Below, in pieces: positions 28,494 to 36,963 of a stretch of DNA of 64,000 nucleotides (position 1 is the first letter of the stretch; each line of letters starts with the position of its first letter). The notes under the pieces are model-generated. The model had not been told where the DNA came from. It ran no database searches and worked only from the letters and a program-made list of their open reading frames with translations. The DNA is from Candidatus Krumholzibacteriota bacterium (lineage in GTDB: Bacteria; Krumholzibacteriota; Krumholzibacteriia; JAJRXK01): contig JAJRXK010000019.1 in assembly GCA_024276305.1 (NCBI GenBank), positions 43,294-107,293 on the forward strand, written 5' to 3'. A program made the translations under genes and the position numbers.

Positions 28494-29360
28494 ATGAATC
28501 GCCGAAAGGTCAGTAATCAGGGTAGCTACGAACGAAGCCTGGAAAGCTACCTCAAGGACATTGGAAGATACGCACTCCTCTCCCGGGAGGAGGAATGTGT
28601 CCTCGCCAGGCGCATCCGCTCGGGGGACGAAGAGGCGTTGCACGAGTTGGTGCGCGCGAACCTTCGTTTCGTCGTGAGTGTGGCCAAGAAATACCTGGGT
28701 CAGGGCCTCTCCCTGGAGGACCTGATCAACGAGGGCAACATCGGTTTGCTCAAGGCCGGACGCCGTTTCGACGAGCGTCGCGGTTTCAAATTCATCAGTT
28801 ATGCGGTGTGGTGGGTGCGCCAATCCATCCTCCAAGCCCTGGCGGATCAGTCGAGGGTGGTGCGTCTGCCGCAGAACCGAACGGTGATCCTCCACAAGGT
28901 GCACCGATCCTTCGGACGTCTGCAGCAGCGCTTGGGGCGTCCGCCACGCGCCGAAGAGATCGCCGAGGATGCGGAGCTCCGGATCGAAGAGGTCCGCGAG
29001 GCGTTGTTGGTGGGGCAACCCGAGGCCTATCTCGACGAAAAAGTCTCGGCCGATGACGATCGGACCCTGGCCGATGCCATTGCCGATCCCTCGGAGAATG
29101 CGGCCGCCGATCGGTCTCTCCTCGAGAGAACTCGGCGGGAAGATCTCCGAGAGGCCTTGAGTGGTCTGCCCGAGAGGGAGGCCCGGATCCTCTGTCTCTA
29201 CTACGGGATCGGTCAGCCTCGGTCGCTGACCCTGGAGGAGATCGGGACCCAATTCGGGCTCACTCGGGAAAGGATTCGGCAGCTCAAGGAACGAGCGCTG
29301 GGTCGTCTGCGGCGGGAGGAGCACGCAGAAGTGCTCAAAGTCCACCACGAGAGCGCCTGA
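28494..29360 (+). CDS. RNA polymerase sigma factor, RpoD/SigA family (short form lacking region 1.1)
   Basis: ANLRFVVSVAKKY, DLINEGNIGL, FKFISYAVWW and TLEEIG..LTRERIRQ. Confidence 0.93.
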   Translation: MNRRKVSNQGSYERSLESYLKDIGRYALLSREEECVLARRIRSGDEEALHELVRANLRFVVSVAKKYLGQGLSLEDLINEGNIGLLKAGRRFDERRGFKFISYAVWWVRQSILQALADQSRVVRLPQNRTVILHKVHRSFGRLQQRLGRPPRAEEIAEDAELRIEEVREALLVGQPEAYLDEKVSADDDRTLADAIADPSENAAADRSLLERTRREDLREALSGLPEREARILCLYYGIGQPRSLTLEEIGTQFGLTRERIRQLKERALGRLRREEHAEVLKVHHESA

Positions 29361-29497
29361 GGGCGTTGCAGTCCAGGACACTGTCGGCGGGGCCGCTTTC
29401 GGGAGAGGGCGGCCCCTCGGCGTCCAGGACGGCGATCCTGCGGCTTTGGGTGGGTCGATGGGGGGTGGAATGGCTCTTGCTGACTCCCCAGGGTGTC

Positions 29498-29526
29498 TTG
29501 ACAGGCCATGGGCCCTTTCTTAACCT
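29498..29526 (+). promoter_or_regulatory. Sigma70-type promoter
   Basis: TTGACA-N17-TAACCT. Confidence 0.55.
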
Positions 29527-29601
29527 CCCGCTCCAAAGCCCTGGGCCACCGCCCGGCTGCGCGAGGTCACCCGCGATGCGATTTGCGAGGACGAAGCTCC
29601 C

Positions 29602-30522
29602 TTGAAGCGCAATTCCTGGACATTTCTCTACGTCCCCGAGGGCGAAGGCGGAGTTCGCACCTTCCGCGTGAGCAAGGGGCTGGCCCGCGCCTTGGTGATG
29701 CTGGTCGGTCTGTGCATGGTCGGGGTCGGAGTACTTCTGGCGAACTACATTCGTCAGGAACACGTGCTCCACGACGTGCGCGAGCGTGAAGAGGAGATCG
29801 CCGCACTTCGGTCGAGGATCGCAGAGTTCGAGGAAATGGCGTCGGACTACGAAGCGGCGATGGACGAGGCTCGGCAGCTGCGCGAACGAGCCAATCTCAT
29901 TGCGGGCCTCGGCGATCTGGCTGGCGATGGCCTCTCCGCCATGGGCATGGGAGGGGAAGAGAATCCAGGAGTGCCGGAGGACCTCGGTCCCGCGGAGGAC
30001 CTCAACCGAAGCCGGCTCCGGGAACTCCACCTCCAGCTCGATCGTTTGCTTCGGGAAGCCCGCTACGAACGGGAGAACTACGCGCAGGTTCTGGAGACCT
30101 TGCGCGAAGACCAGCAACTTCGGGACAGTACGCCGAGCATTCGGCCGGTCCAGGGCGGATATCTCTCGAGCCGTTTCGGACGGCGCATCGATCCCTTCAC
30201 CGGTCGGCCTGCCTTCCACCGAGGCCTCGACTTCTCCGCTCGCATCGGGACTCCGGTGCATGCGCCGGCCGCAGGTCGGGTCACGCGTGCCTCTCGCAAG
30301 GGTTCGTTGGGGCAGCTCATCGAGATCGACCATGGCAATGGAGTCTTCACGCGCTACGGGCACCTCGATCAGTTCTTGGTCAAGAAGGGTGATTGGGTCC
30401 GGCGGGGTCAGGTCATCGGCCGGGTGGGGACGACGGGTCGGAGCACGGGCCCTCATCTGCACTACGAAGTCGTCCAGAACGGGAAATGGCAGAATCCCTG
30501 GCTGTACATCGTTCGCAACTGA
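29602..30522 (+). CDS. M23 family peptidoglycan endopeptidase with TM and coiled coil
   Basis: FHRGLD, TRYGHL and STGPHLHYEV motifs. Confidence 0.92.
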   Translation: MKRNSWTFLYVPEGEGGVRTFRVSKGLARALVMLVGLCMVGVGVLLANYIRQEHVLHDVREREEEIAALRSRIAEFEEMASDYEAAMDEARQLRERANLIAGLGDLAGDGLSAMGMGGEENPGVPEDLGPAEDLNRSRLRELHLQLDRLLREARYERENYAQVLETLREDQQLRDSTPSIRPVQGGYLSSRFGRRIDPFTGRPAFHRGLDFSARIGTPVHAPAAGRVTRASRKGSLGQLIEIDHGNGVFTRYGHLDQFLVKKGDWVRRGQVIGRVGTTGRSTGPHLHYEVVQNGKWQNPWLYIVRN

Positions 30523-30671
30523 TTCCTCCTCTGCGAGACTGTTCCCTTGGTGCAGGGCCGGGTCGGGCGTGACCTGCGCCCCGTTTCGGACTACTCTTTC
30601 GCGCGATGCCGCTGCGTTGGGGTGACGGCGTCCGGTCAGGCGCGGCAGTGGGACCGCAATCGAGTGAGATC

Positions 30672-31619
30672 ATGTTCGACAGAATCGGCGTCAAGATCGT
30701 CTGCGTGGTGGTGGCTCTGCTGCTCTGGGTTCAGGTCGCAAGCACCGTGAATGTCGAGCATCTGGTCCGCCTTCCGGTGGTGGTGGTCGGGGTCCCCGAT
30801 TCTCTCTCCGTTCGTGAGAGTGTGCTGCCGGATCGGGTGGGAGTCCGGCTGCGCGGAACGCGGCTCCAGCTCCTTCTCTCGGACCTCATCTCCCGGGACT
30901 TGGGTCAGATCCAGATCGACTTGACCGGCAAGGGACCGGGGCGTCATACCTACGAACTGAGCGTTCTCGATGCGGTCGTCAATGCGACGGCGTTGGAGAT
31001 CGTCCCCGCCACTACCCTGGTGCTGGACGTCCAGCCCAAGGTCCGCCGGAGTGTGCCGGTCCATCTCTCGCTCACCGGAGACTTTCCCGAGGACCGAACT
31101 CTGGCCGCTCCGCCGGAGATCACCCCCCCGCAGGTCGAAGTCACCGGTCCGGAGTCCCTGGTGGAGGGACTGGCGGAGATCCGAACCACGGACCTCGACT
31201 TGCGTCGCCACGGGGAATCCTTCGAGACCAAGTTGTCTCTGGTCAATCCGGATCCCGACCTCGTTCTTTCGCCGGTGGAAGTGGAAGTCTCGGTGGGGGT
31301 GGACCGGATCGTCGAACGGCAATTCCGTGAGGTGCCGGTGACGGTGCTGAGTGATCTGGATCCTGCACGAGTGCATCTGGAGCCCACCCACGCCCAGGTC
31401 GCGGTCAGGGGAGCGGCGGCGGTGGTCGATGCTCTTTCTCCCGAAGATGTGGAAGTGGTCCTGCACATCGATGCCGAAGCAGCGGGGGTGAGCGAAGTGG
31501 GCGCTCAGGTGATTCTGCCCGCGGGCATGTTCACCTCGAGCCTCGAGCCCGCGAACTTCCAAGTCGTGGTCGATCCGCTCCCCGAGGACGCCAATCGAGG
31601 CGCGGAGTCGAATGAGTGA
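30672..31619 (+). CDS. YbbR/CdaR-like protein
   Basis: N-terminal KIVCVVVALLLW anchor; repeated beta-rich YbbR units (P.QVEVTGPES). Confidence 0.75.
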   Translation: MFDRIGVKIVCVVVALLLWVQVASTVNVEHLVRLPVVVVGVPDSLSVRESVLPDRVGVRLRGTRLQLLLSDLISRDLGQIQIDLTGKGPGRHTYELSVLDAVVNATALEIVPATTLVLDVQPKVRRSVPVHLSLTGDFPEDRTLAAPPEITPPQVEVTGPESLVEGLAEIRTTDLDLRRHGESFETKLSLVNPDPDLVLSPVEVEVSVGVDRIVERQFREVPVTVLSDLDPARVHLEPTHAQVAVRGAAAVVDALSPEDVEVVLHIDAEAAGVSEVGAQVILPAGMFTSSLEPANFQVVVDPLPEDANRGAESNE

Positions 31620-32502
31620 CCGGTCACAGACCGCGGGTGGAAGTTCGTCGGCGTGGAGCCGGACGACCTGGGTGCTCTTCCTGCTGGTGATCGTGACCGC
31701 GGCCAGCACCTTGGTGAAGGTGAGGCATCCCGACCTTCCCGGAACCCTTCGACTGGGAGTGGTGCGGACGGGGACTCCCCAGCCGGTGGACCAAGTCCTG
31801 GCGCCTCTGGCCCGCTATCTGGGGCAGGAACTCCACCGGCACGTGGTCGTGGAGGCCATCGAGCCCGGAAAGCTGAAGGAGGCCCTGGTCGACTTCGATC
31901 TGGCCCTGGTTCCTCTGCACGGGGATCTGAAACGGAGTGACGTCTCTCTTCTGGCTTGGGCCAAACCTGCGGGACGCTCCGGATGGAGGTCCGCATTCGG
32001 AATCCTTCGATCGCGAGACACTCCCTGGCCTCCACCTCCGGGCAGCCGACTCATCTTCGGAGACGGACAGAGTTGGAGCGGTTCCCGGGGGTGCTATGCC
32101 GCTCTGAGAGCTTGGGGTTGGTCCGAAGAGGAGATCCGCGACGCGCCTCGAGGGAAAGACCCCTTCGACCACCAGTCGGTGATCGCGGCCCTGGTCTACG
32201 GGGCCTTCGACTATGCGGTGGTTCGGGAGTCCGCGGTGACCGCAGCTCGGCGCATCCGGCGTCTACCGGCGGAGGGTTTCGTGTACACCCGGGTGGGGCA
32301 GGCGCGGGGCGACTTCGCGCTGGTCGCGGGAGAGGGGCTCTCCCCCGCGGCGAGGAAGAAGGTGCGGGTGGCCGCCCTCAATCTCGATCACTATCGGCAG
32401 GATCCTGCGCGTCAAGGCGCGGGCGCCGCGTCCCACGCGTTGGGAGAGCTCGGACTGGCCGGCTTCGCGCCGGACGAGCTCTTGCCGGACCTCCGTCCCT
32501 GA
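31612..32502 (+). CDS. PhnD/SsuA-like substrate-binding-fold protein
   Basis: PLARYLGQELHR, FGD..S.SG and H.SVI.AL..G.FD patterns; divergent. Confidence 0.55.
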   Translation: MSDRSQTAGGSSSAWSRTTWVLFLLVIVTAASTLVKVRHPDLPGTLRLGVVRTGTPQPVDQVLAPLARYLGQELHRHVVVEAIEPGKLKEALVDFDLALVPLHGDLKRSDVSLLAWAKPAGRSGWRSAFGILRSRDTPWPPPPGSRLIFGDGQSWSGSRGCYAALRAWGWSEEEIRDAPRGKDPFDHQSVIAALVYGAFDYAVVRESAVTAARRIRRLPAEGFVYTRVGQARGDFALVAGEGLSPAARKKVRVAALNLDHYRQDPARQGAGAASHALGELGLAGFAPDELLPDLRP

Positions 32503-32514
32503 AGCATCCGAGGC

Positions 32515-32934
32515 TTGGCATTGCACGACCCCCGCTCGAATCTTCGCTATTGGATGCCCCTGGTCCTCTGGATCCTCTCGATCCTCTTGGTCTCGTCGAT
32601 CCCGGGGTCGACCATGAGTCGCGTGGGTTTCGAAGTGCAGGACAAAGTGGCGCATTTTCTGGAGTACTCCATTCTTGGATTCCTGGTGGGGCGTTGGGAG
32701 CGAAACCAATACGGACACGGATGGATTCGGTCGGTGGTGACCTCGTTGTTGCTCGGGTCTTCGATCGCTCTTCTCGACGAAGCCTACCAGGGCTGGATTC
32801 CGGGCCGGACCCCTTCGGCGATGGACTGGCTCGCCGACCTGGCGGGCATCTCGCTGGGGCTGGCTTTCTCCCTCATTCGTTATCGTGACGGCCGGTCGCG
32901 GGAAGCGACGGCGACAAAGGACGAGGTCTCATGA
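32515..32934 (+). CDS. VanZ family membrane protein
   Basis: DKVAHFLEY..LDEAYQ.WIPGR..S..DWLAD. Confidence 0.85.
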   Translation: MALHDPRSNLRYWMPLVLWILSILLVSSIPGSTMSRVGFEVQDKVAHFLEYSILGFLVGRWERNQYGHGWIRSVVTSLLLGSSIALLDEAYQGWIPGRTPSAMDWLADLAGISLGLAFSLIRYRDGRSREATATKDEVS

Positions 32935-34739
32935 AGAAGCTCAGAAGAACCGTGCGATGCGGAGACCTCCGCGGAGACCATGCGGGCGAAGAAGTGGTCC
33001 TCAATGGGTGGGTGGCATCGCGAAGGGATCACGGAGGCCTGGTCTTCGTCGATCTCCGCGACCGTTACGGCCTGACTCAAGTGGTCTTCGAAGTCGAAGG
33101 CGAGATGAGGGACCGGGCGCATGGACTCAGAGCGGAGGCGGTGGTGGCCGTAAGGGGGACGGTACGCCGGCGACCGGAGGAAATGGTGAATCCGGAGATG
33201 GCCACGGGTGAGATCGAAGTCGTGGCCGCGGAACTCGAGATCCTGAATCCTTCGAAGACCCTGCCCTTCACTCTCGAGGAGGCAGACAACGCCACCGACG
33301 AATTGAAGTTCCGGCACCGCTATCTTCACTTGAGGATTCCCCGCCTGCAGCGAAACCTCCAGGCGCGGCACGAGGTGGCCAGGGCGGCCCGGGAGCACCT
33401 CGCGGGACAGGACTTCCTCGAGATCGAGACCCCGTTGATGATTCGGACCACACCGGAGGGGGCGCGGGACTACGTGGTTCCGAGTCGAGTGCATCCGGGG
33501 TGCTTCTATGCTTTGCCCCAGAGCCCCCAACTCTACAAGCAGACCCTGATGATGAGCGGCGTGGACCGCTACTACCAGCTCGCGCGTTGCCTCCGCGACG
33601 AAGACCTGCGGGCCGATCGACAGCCGGAACACACGCAGATCGATCTGGAGATGAGCTTCGTGGACGAAGAGGACATCTTCGACCTCGTCGAGGGAATGAT
33701 GTCGGAGGTGGTCCGCCGGGTGCGTCGTCTGGAGGTGGACACTCCCTTTCCTCGTCTGAGTTACGAGGATGCGATGGACACCTATGGCAGCGACAAACCC
33801 GATCGTCGCTTCGGCCTGGAATTGGAAGATCTCAGTGACCTCGCGGCCGAAGGCGAGTTCGGGGTCTTTCACTCGGTTCTTGCAGACGGAGGTCGGGTCA
33901 AGGCGGTGCTGGGCGAACAACTCGCGGAATTGAGCCGCAAGGACATCGGCGAATTCGAGGAGCTGGCCAAGCGCCACGGGGCCAAGGGTCTGGCGTGGCT
34001 CAAGTGGAAGGACGGGGCGATCAGCGGCTCGTTCCGGAAATTCTTTTCGGATGACCTCCTCGAGAAGTTCTTCGAGCGCTGCGGCGGCCGAGAGGGAGAT
34101 CTGCTCTTCGTGGTGGCCGATCGTCGCTCCACCGCCAACCGGGCCCTCGGCGCATTGCGCTTGGAGGTGGGACGTCGCCGTGGCTATACCCAGGGCGAGG
34201 AGCTCAATTTCTGTTGGGTCCACCGATTTCCCCTCTTCGAGGAAGTTTCGGAGGGAAAGTGGACGGCCATGCACCACATGTTCACCATGCCTCGAGACGA
34301 AGACCTCGAGATCCTGGAAGAGGATCCCGGACGGGTTCACGCGACCCTCTACGATCTGGTGTGCAATGGTGTGGAATTGGGCAGTGGCAGTGTGAGGATT
34401 CACCGGCGAGACCTGCAGGAAAGGGTGCTGAGGATCTGCGGGATCGGCGAGGAAGAGGCCGAAGCGAAGTTCGGATGGTTCCTTCGGGCCCTGGAGTACG
34501 GCGCACCCCCGCATGGGGGCATTGCCCTCGGTTTGGACCGCTTGGTGGCGGTTTTGGTCGGGGAGACCAGTATTCGCGAGGTCATCGCCTTCCCGAAGAC
34601 CACCGCCGCGACCAATCCTCTCGACGGGGCGCCCTCGCCGGTGGCCGAAGACCAGCTCGAGGAGCTCGGTCTGGCACTGCACTTGCCCGAGGAAGCCGAA
34701 GTGGAGAAGGAAGACGATTCCTCCTCTTCGGCCGGTTAG
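32931..34739 (+). CDS. aspS: Aspartate--tRNA ligase (likely non-discriminating Asp/Asn type)
   Basis: RRDHGG, LPQSPQLYKQ, RDEDLRADRQPE and PPHGGIALGLDR motifs. Confidence 0.97.
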   Translation: MKKLRRTVRCGDLRGDHAGEEVVLNGWVASRRDHGGLVFVDLRDRYGLTQVVFEVEGEMRDRAHGLRAEAVVAVRGTVRRRPEEMVNPEMATGEIEVVAAELEILNPSKTLPFTLEEADNATDELKFRHRYLHLRIPRLQRNLQARHEVARAAREHLAGQDFLEIETPLMIRTTPEGARDYVVPSRVHPGCFYALPQSPQLYKQTLMMSGVDRYYQLARCLRDEDLRADRQPEHTQIDLEMSFVDEEDIFDLVEGMMSEVVRRVRRLEVDTPFPRLSYEDAMDTYGSDKPDRRFGLELEDLSDLAAEGEFGVFHSVLADGGRVKAVLGEQLAELSRKDIGEFEELAKRHGAKGLAWLKWKDGAISGSFRKFFSDDLLEKFFERCGGREGDLLFVVADRRSTANRALGALRLEVGRRRGYTQGEELNFCWVHRFPLFEEVSEGKWTAMHHMFTMPRDEDLEILEEDPGRVHATLYDLVCNGVELGSGSVRIHRRDLQERVLRICGIGEEEAEAKFGWFLRALEYGAPPHGGIALGLDRLVAVLVGETSIREVIAFPKTTAATNPLDGAPSPVAEDQLEELGLALHLPEEAEVEKEDDSSSSAG

Positions 34740-34914
34740 GGGTGTACACGCGGGGCCGGGAGCCGATTTCCGGGTCGGATAGGGCTTGACTTGGCGTTCT
34801 GCCGGTGTACATTGCGACCGCGCGACGGGGGATCCGTCGCGAAACTATCGTCATTGCCCAGAACTCGGGTCGAAACGGAGATCCCGGGCGGGCACAACAG
34901 GAGGCGAGTGCACC

Positions 34915-35199
34915 TTGAAGACCAGAGACCTGCGAAGCGTCTTGGTTCTGGCGGGCCTGTCGGTGACCCTGTTCGCGGCGGGTTGCAGCGAGAATCCTCC
35001 CTGCAACACGGATCCGTCACAGCTAGACAGCGCGCGGACGACCCTCAACGACGCGGAGAACAAGGTCGAAACGGCGAAGGCCGATCTGGCCGAGGCGCGC
35101 CAGAAGCAGACCGATCTCCAGAAGAAGATCGCAGCTCTCCCCGAACCGGATGATCTAGAAAGCCGGCTCGAAGAGCTCAAAAAGGGCAGCGGCCGCTAG
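34915..35199 (+). CDS. Small coiled-coil lipoprotein
   Basis: AGGAGG RBS, TTG start, AAGC lipobox and heptad pattern. Confidence 0.7.
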   Translation: MKTRDLRSVLVLAGLSVTLFAAGCSENPPCNTDPSQLDSARTTLNDAENKVETAKADLAEARQKQTDLQKKIAALPEPDDLESRLEELKKGSGR

Positions 35200-35220
35200 G
35201 CCGGGGAGGAAAGAAGGACC

Positions 35221-35919
35221 ATGCGTTACGGAATGATGAGCCGTTTGGTGCTTCTGGCCGTTCCCGCCTCCCTGGTGGTGATGGCCGGTTGCAGTCCCAA
35301 GGTGACCCGCACTGCGAATATCAGTGAGGGCGACTACTACAGCGCGGAGGAGTTCAAGAACCTCTCCCGCGAACAGCGTGATGCCTATTGCGCAGATCTG
35401 GACGATCAGCTCGCGCAGCTGAATTCCTCGGCCGAACGCAATCAGCGCGAGGCCAAGGATCTGAGCGGCGAGTTTGCGAGCATCGATCGCAAGGTGCGAG
35501 ACCTCCAGGCCAAGTACGATGCGTCGAAGACCGAGGTCGACGGTCTCGAGAAGGAGATCGACTACTTCGAGAGCCTTCCTCGAACCCATGTGGTCGAGGA
35601 TGGGGAGTTCCTGCAGAAGATCTCCGGCTACGAGAAGATCTACGCCGATCCCTTGAAGTGGCCGCGAATCTATCGGGCCAACAAGGACAAGATCGAGGAC
35701 CCGAACCTGATCTACCCGGGATGGGAGCTGACCATTCCTCGCGATTGGCCGCATTCGTGGACCGTCAAGCAGGACGAGTATCTCAGCCGCATCGCCTCTT
35801 ATTGGGAGGTCTATGGGGATGGCACCGCGTGGACGAAGATCTACGAGGCCAACCGGGACCAGGTGTCCGATCCGGACATGATCTGGCCGGACTGGGAGCT
35901 CGCGATTCCTCGCGACTGA
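35221..35919 (+). CDS. Lipoprotein with coiled coil and two LysM domains
   Basis: MAGC lipobox; two copies of V..GE.L..I..Y.D..W..IY.AN...I.DP..I.P. Confidence 0.88.
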   Translation: MRYGMMSRLVLLAVPASLVVMAGCSPKVTRTANISEGDYYSAEEFKNLSREQRDAYCADLDDQLAQLNSSAERNQREAKDLSGEFASIDRKVRDLQAKYDASKTEVDGLEKEIDYFESLPRTHVVEDGEFLQKISGYEKIYADPLKWPRIYRANKDKIEDPNLIYPGWELTIPRDWPHSWTVKQDEYLSRIASYWEVYGDGTAWTKIYEANRDQVSDPDMIWPDWELAIPRD

Positions 35920-35941
35920 CGATGCACCGATCTTCGGTACG

Positions 35942-35978
35942 AAAACGCCTCTGCCCGGCCGGGCGGGGGCGTTTCTTT
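35942..35978 (+). terminator. Intrinsic terminator
   Basis: AAACGCCTCTGCCC/GGGCGGGGGCGTTT hairpin followed by TTTCTTT. Confidence 0.65.
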
Positions 35979-36009
35979 CCATCGGGGCTCTGGCCGACAG
36001 CGGGAACGA

Positions 36010-36963
36010 ATGAGTGACGTTCGCCACACCGTAGCACTCGATTCGATCGAGATCCTCGACTTCGTCGGGGCTCAGGACGCCAATCTGCGCATGCTCGAAG
36101 AGGGCTTCGAGGGCCGCCTCATCCTCCGTGGACAAGAGATTCGCATCGAGGGGGAGGCGGCCGAAGTCCAGCGGATGGTGGGAGTCGTAGAGGCGATGGT
36201 GAATTGGGTCCGCAGCGGTCGCCCCCTCGATCCCTCGGCCCTCGCGCGGATCCTCGAGGGAGCCGCCATCGCTCCGGTGGAAGCCCAGCGTCGACAGGTG
36301 CAGTTCAACTCGGGTCGGCGGGGCACGGTCGAGCCGCGGACGCCCGGCCAGGCCCTCTACCTCGATGCCATCGGTCATCACGAAGTGGTCTTCGGGGTGG
36401 GACCGGCGGGGACGGGCAAGACCTTCTTGGCCGTGGTGATGGCGGTGCGCGCGTTGCTGGCGGGGGAGATCGATCGGATCTTTCTGGTGCGGCCGGCGGT
36501 CGAAGCCGGAGAGCAGCTCGGTTTTCTGCCGGGAGACCTCCAAGACAAAGTCGATCCCTATCTGCGCCCTCTCTACGATGCGCTGACCGATTGCTTGGGT
36601 TCGACGAAAGTGGCACGATTCCTGGCCAACGGGACGATCGAAGTCGCACCGCTGGCCTATATGCGGGGACGGACTCTGAACCGAGCCTTCGTGATCCTCG
36701 ATGAGGGTCAGAACACGACCCTCACCCAGATGAAGATGTTCCTCACTCGGCTTGGACCGGGGACTCGGGCGGTGGTCACCGGGGACGTCACGCAGATCGA
36801 TTTGGGCGATCCGAGAGCGAGTGGTCTGGTGCTCGTGCGGCAGATCCTCCAGGGAGTGGATGGGATTGCCTTCGTCGACTTCGGCGAAGGTGATGTGGTG
36901 CGTCACCCTCTGGTCCGACGAATCGTGGCGGCCTTCGACGACGAAGGGAAGAGTCCGCGGTGA
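36010..36963 (+). CDS. phoH: PhoH family ATPase
   Basis: GPAGTGKT, RPAVEAGE.LGFLPG, YMRGRTL and VRHPLV motifs. Confidence 0.93.
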   Translation: MSDVRHTVALDSIEILDFVGAQDANLRMLEEGFEGRLILRGQEIRIEGEAAEVQRMVGVVEAMVNWVRSGRPLDPSALARILEGAAIAPVEAQRRQVQFNSGRRGTVEPRTPGQALYLDAIGHHEVVFGVGPAGTGKTFLAVVMAVRALLAGEIDRIFLVRPAVEAGEQLGFLPGDLQDKVDPYLRPLYDALTDCLGSTKVARFLANGTIEVAPLAYMRGRTLNRAFVILDEGQNTTLTQMKMFLTRLGPGTRAVVTGDVTQIDLGDPRASGLVLVRQILQGVDGIAFVDFGEGDVVRHPLVRRIVAAFDDEGKSPR

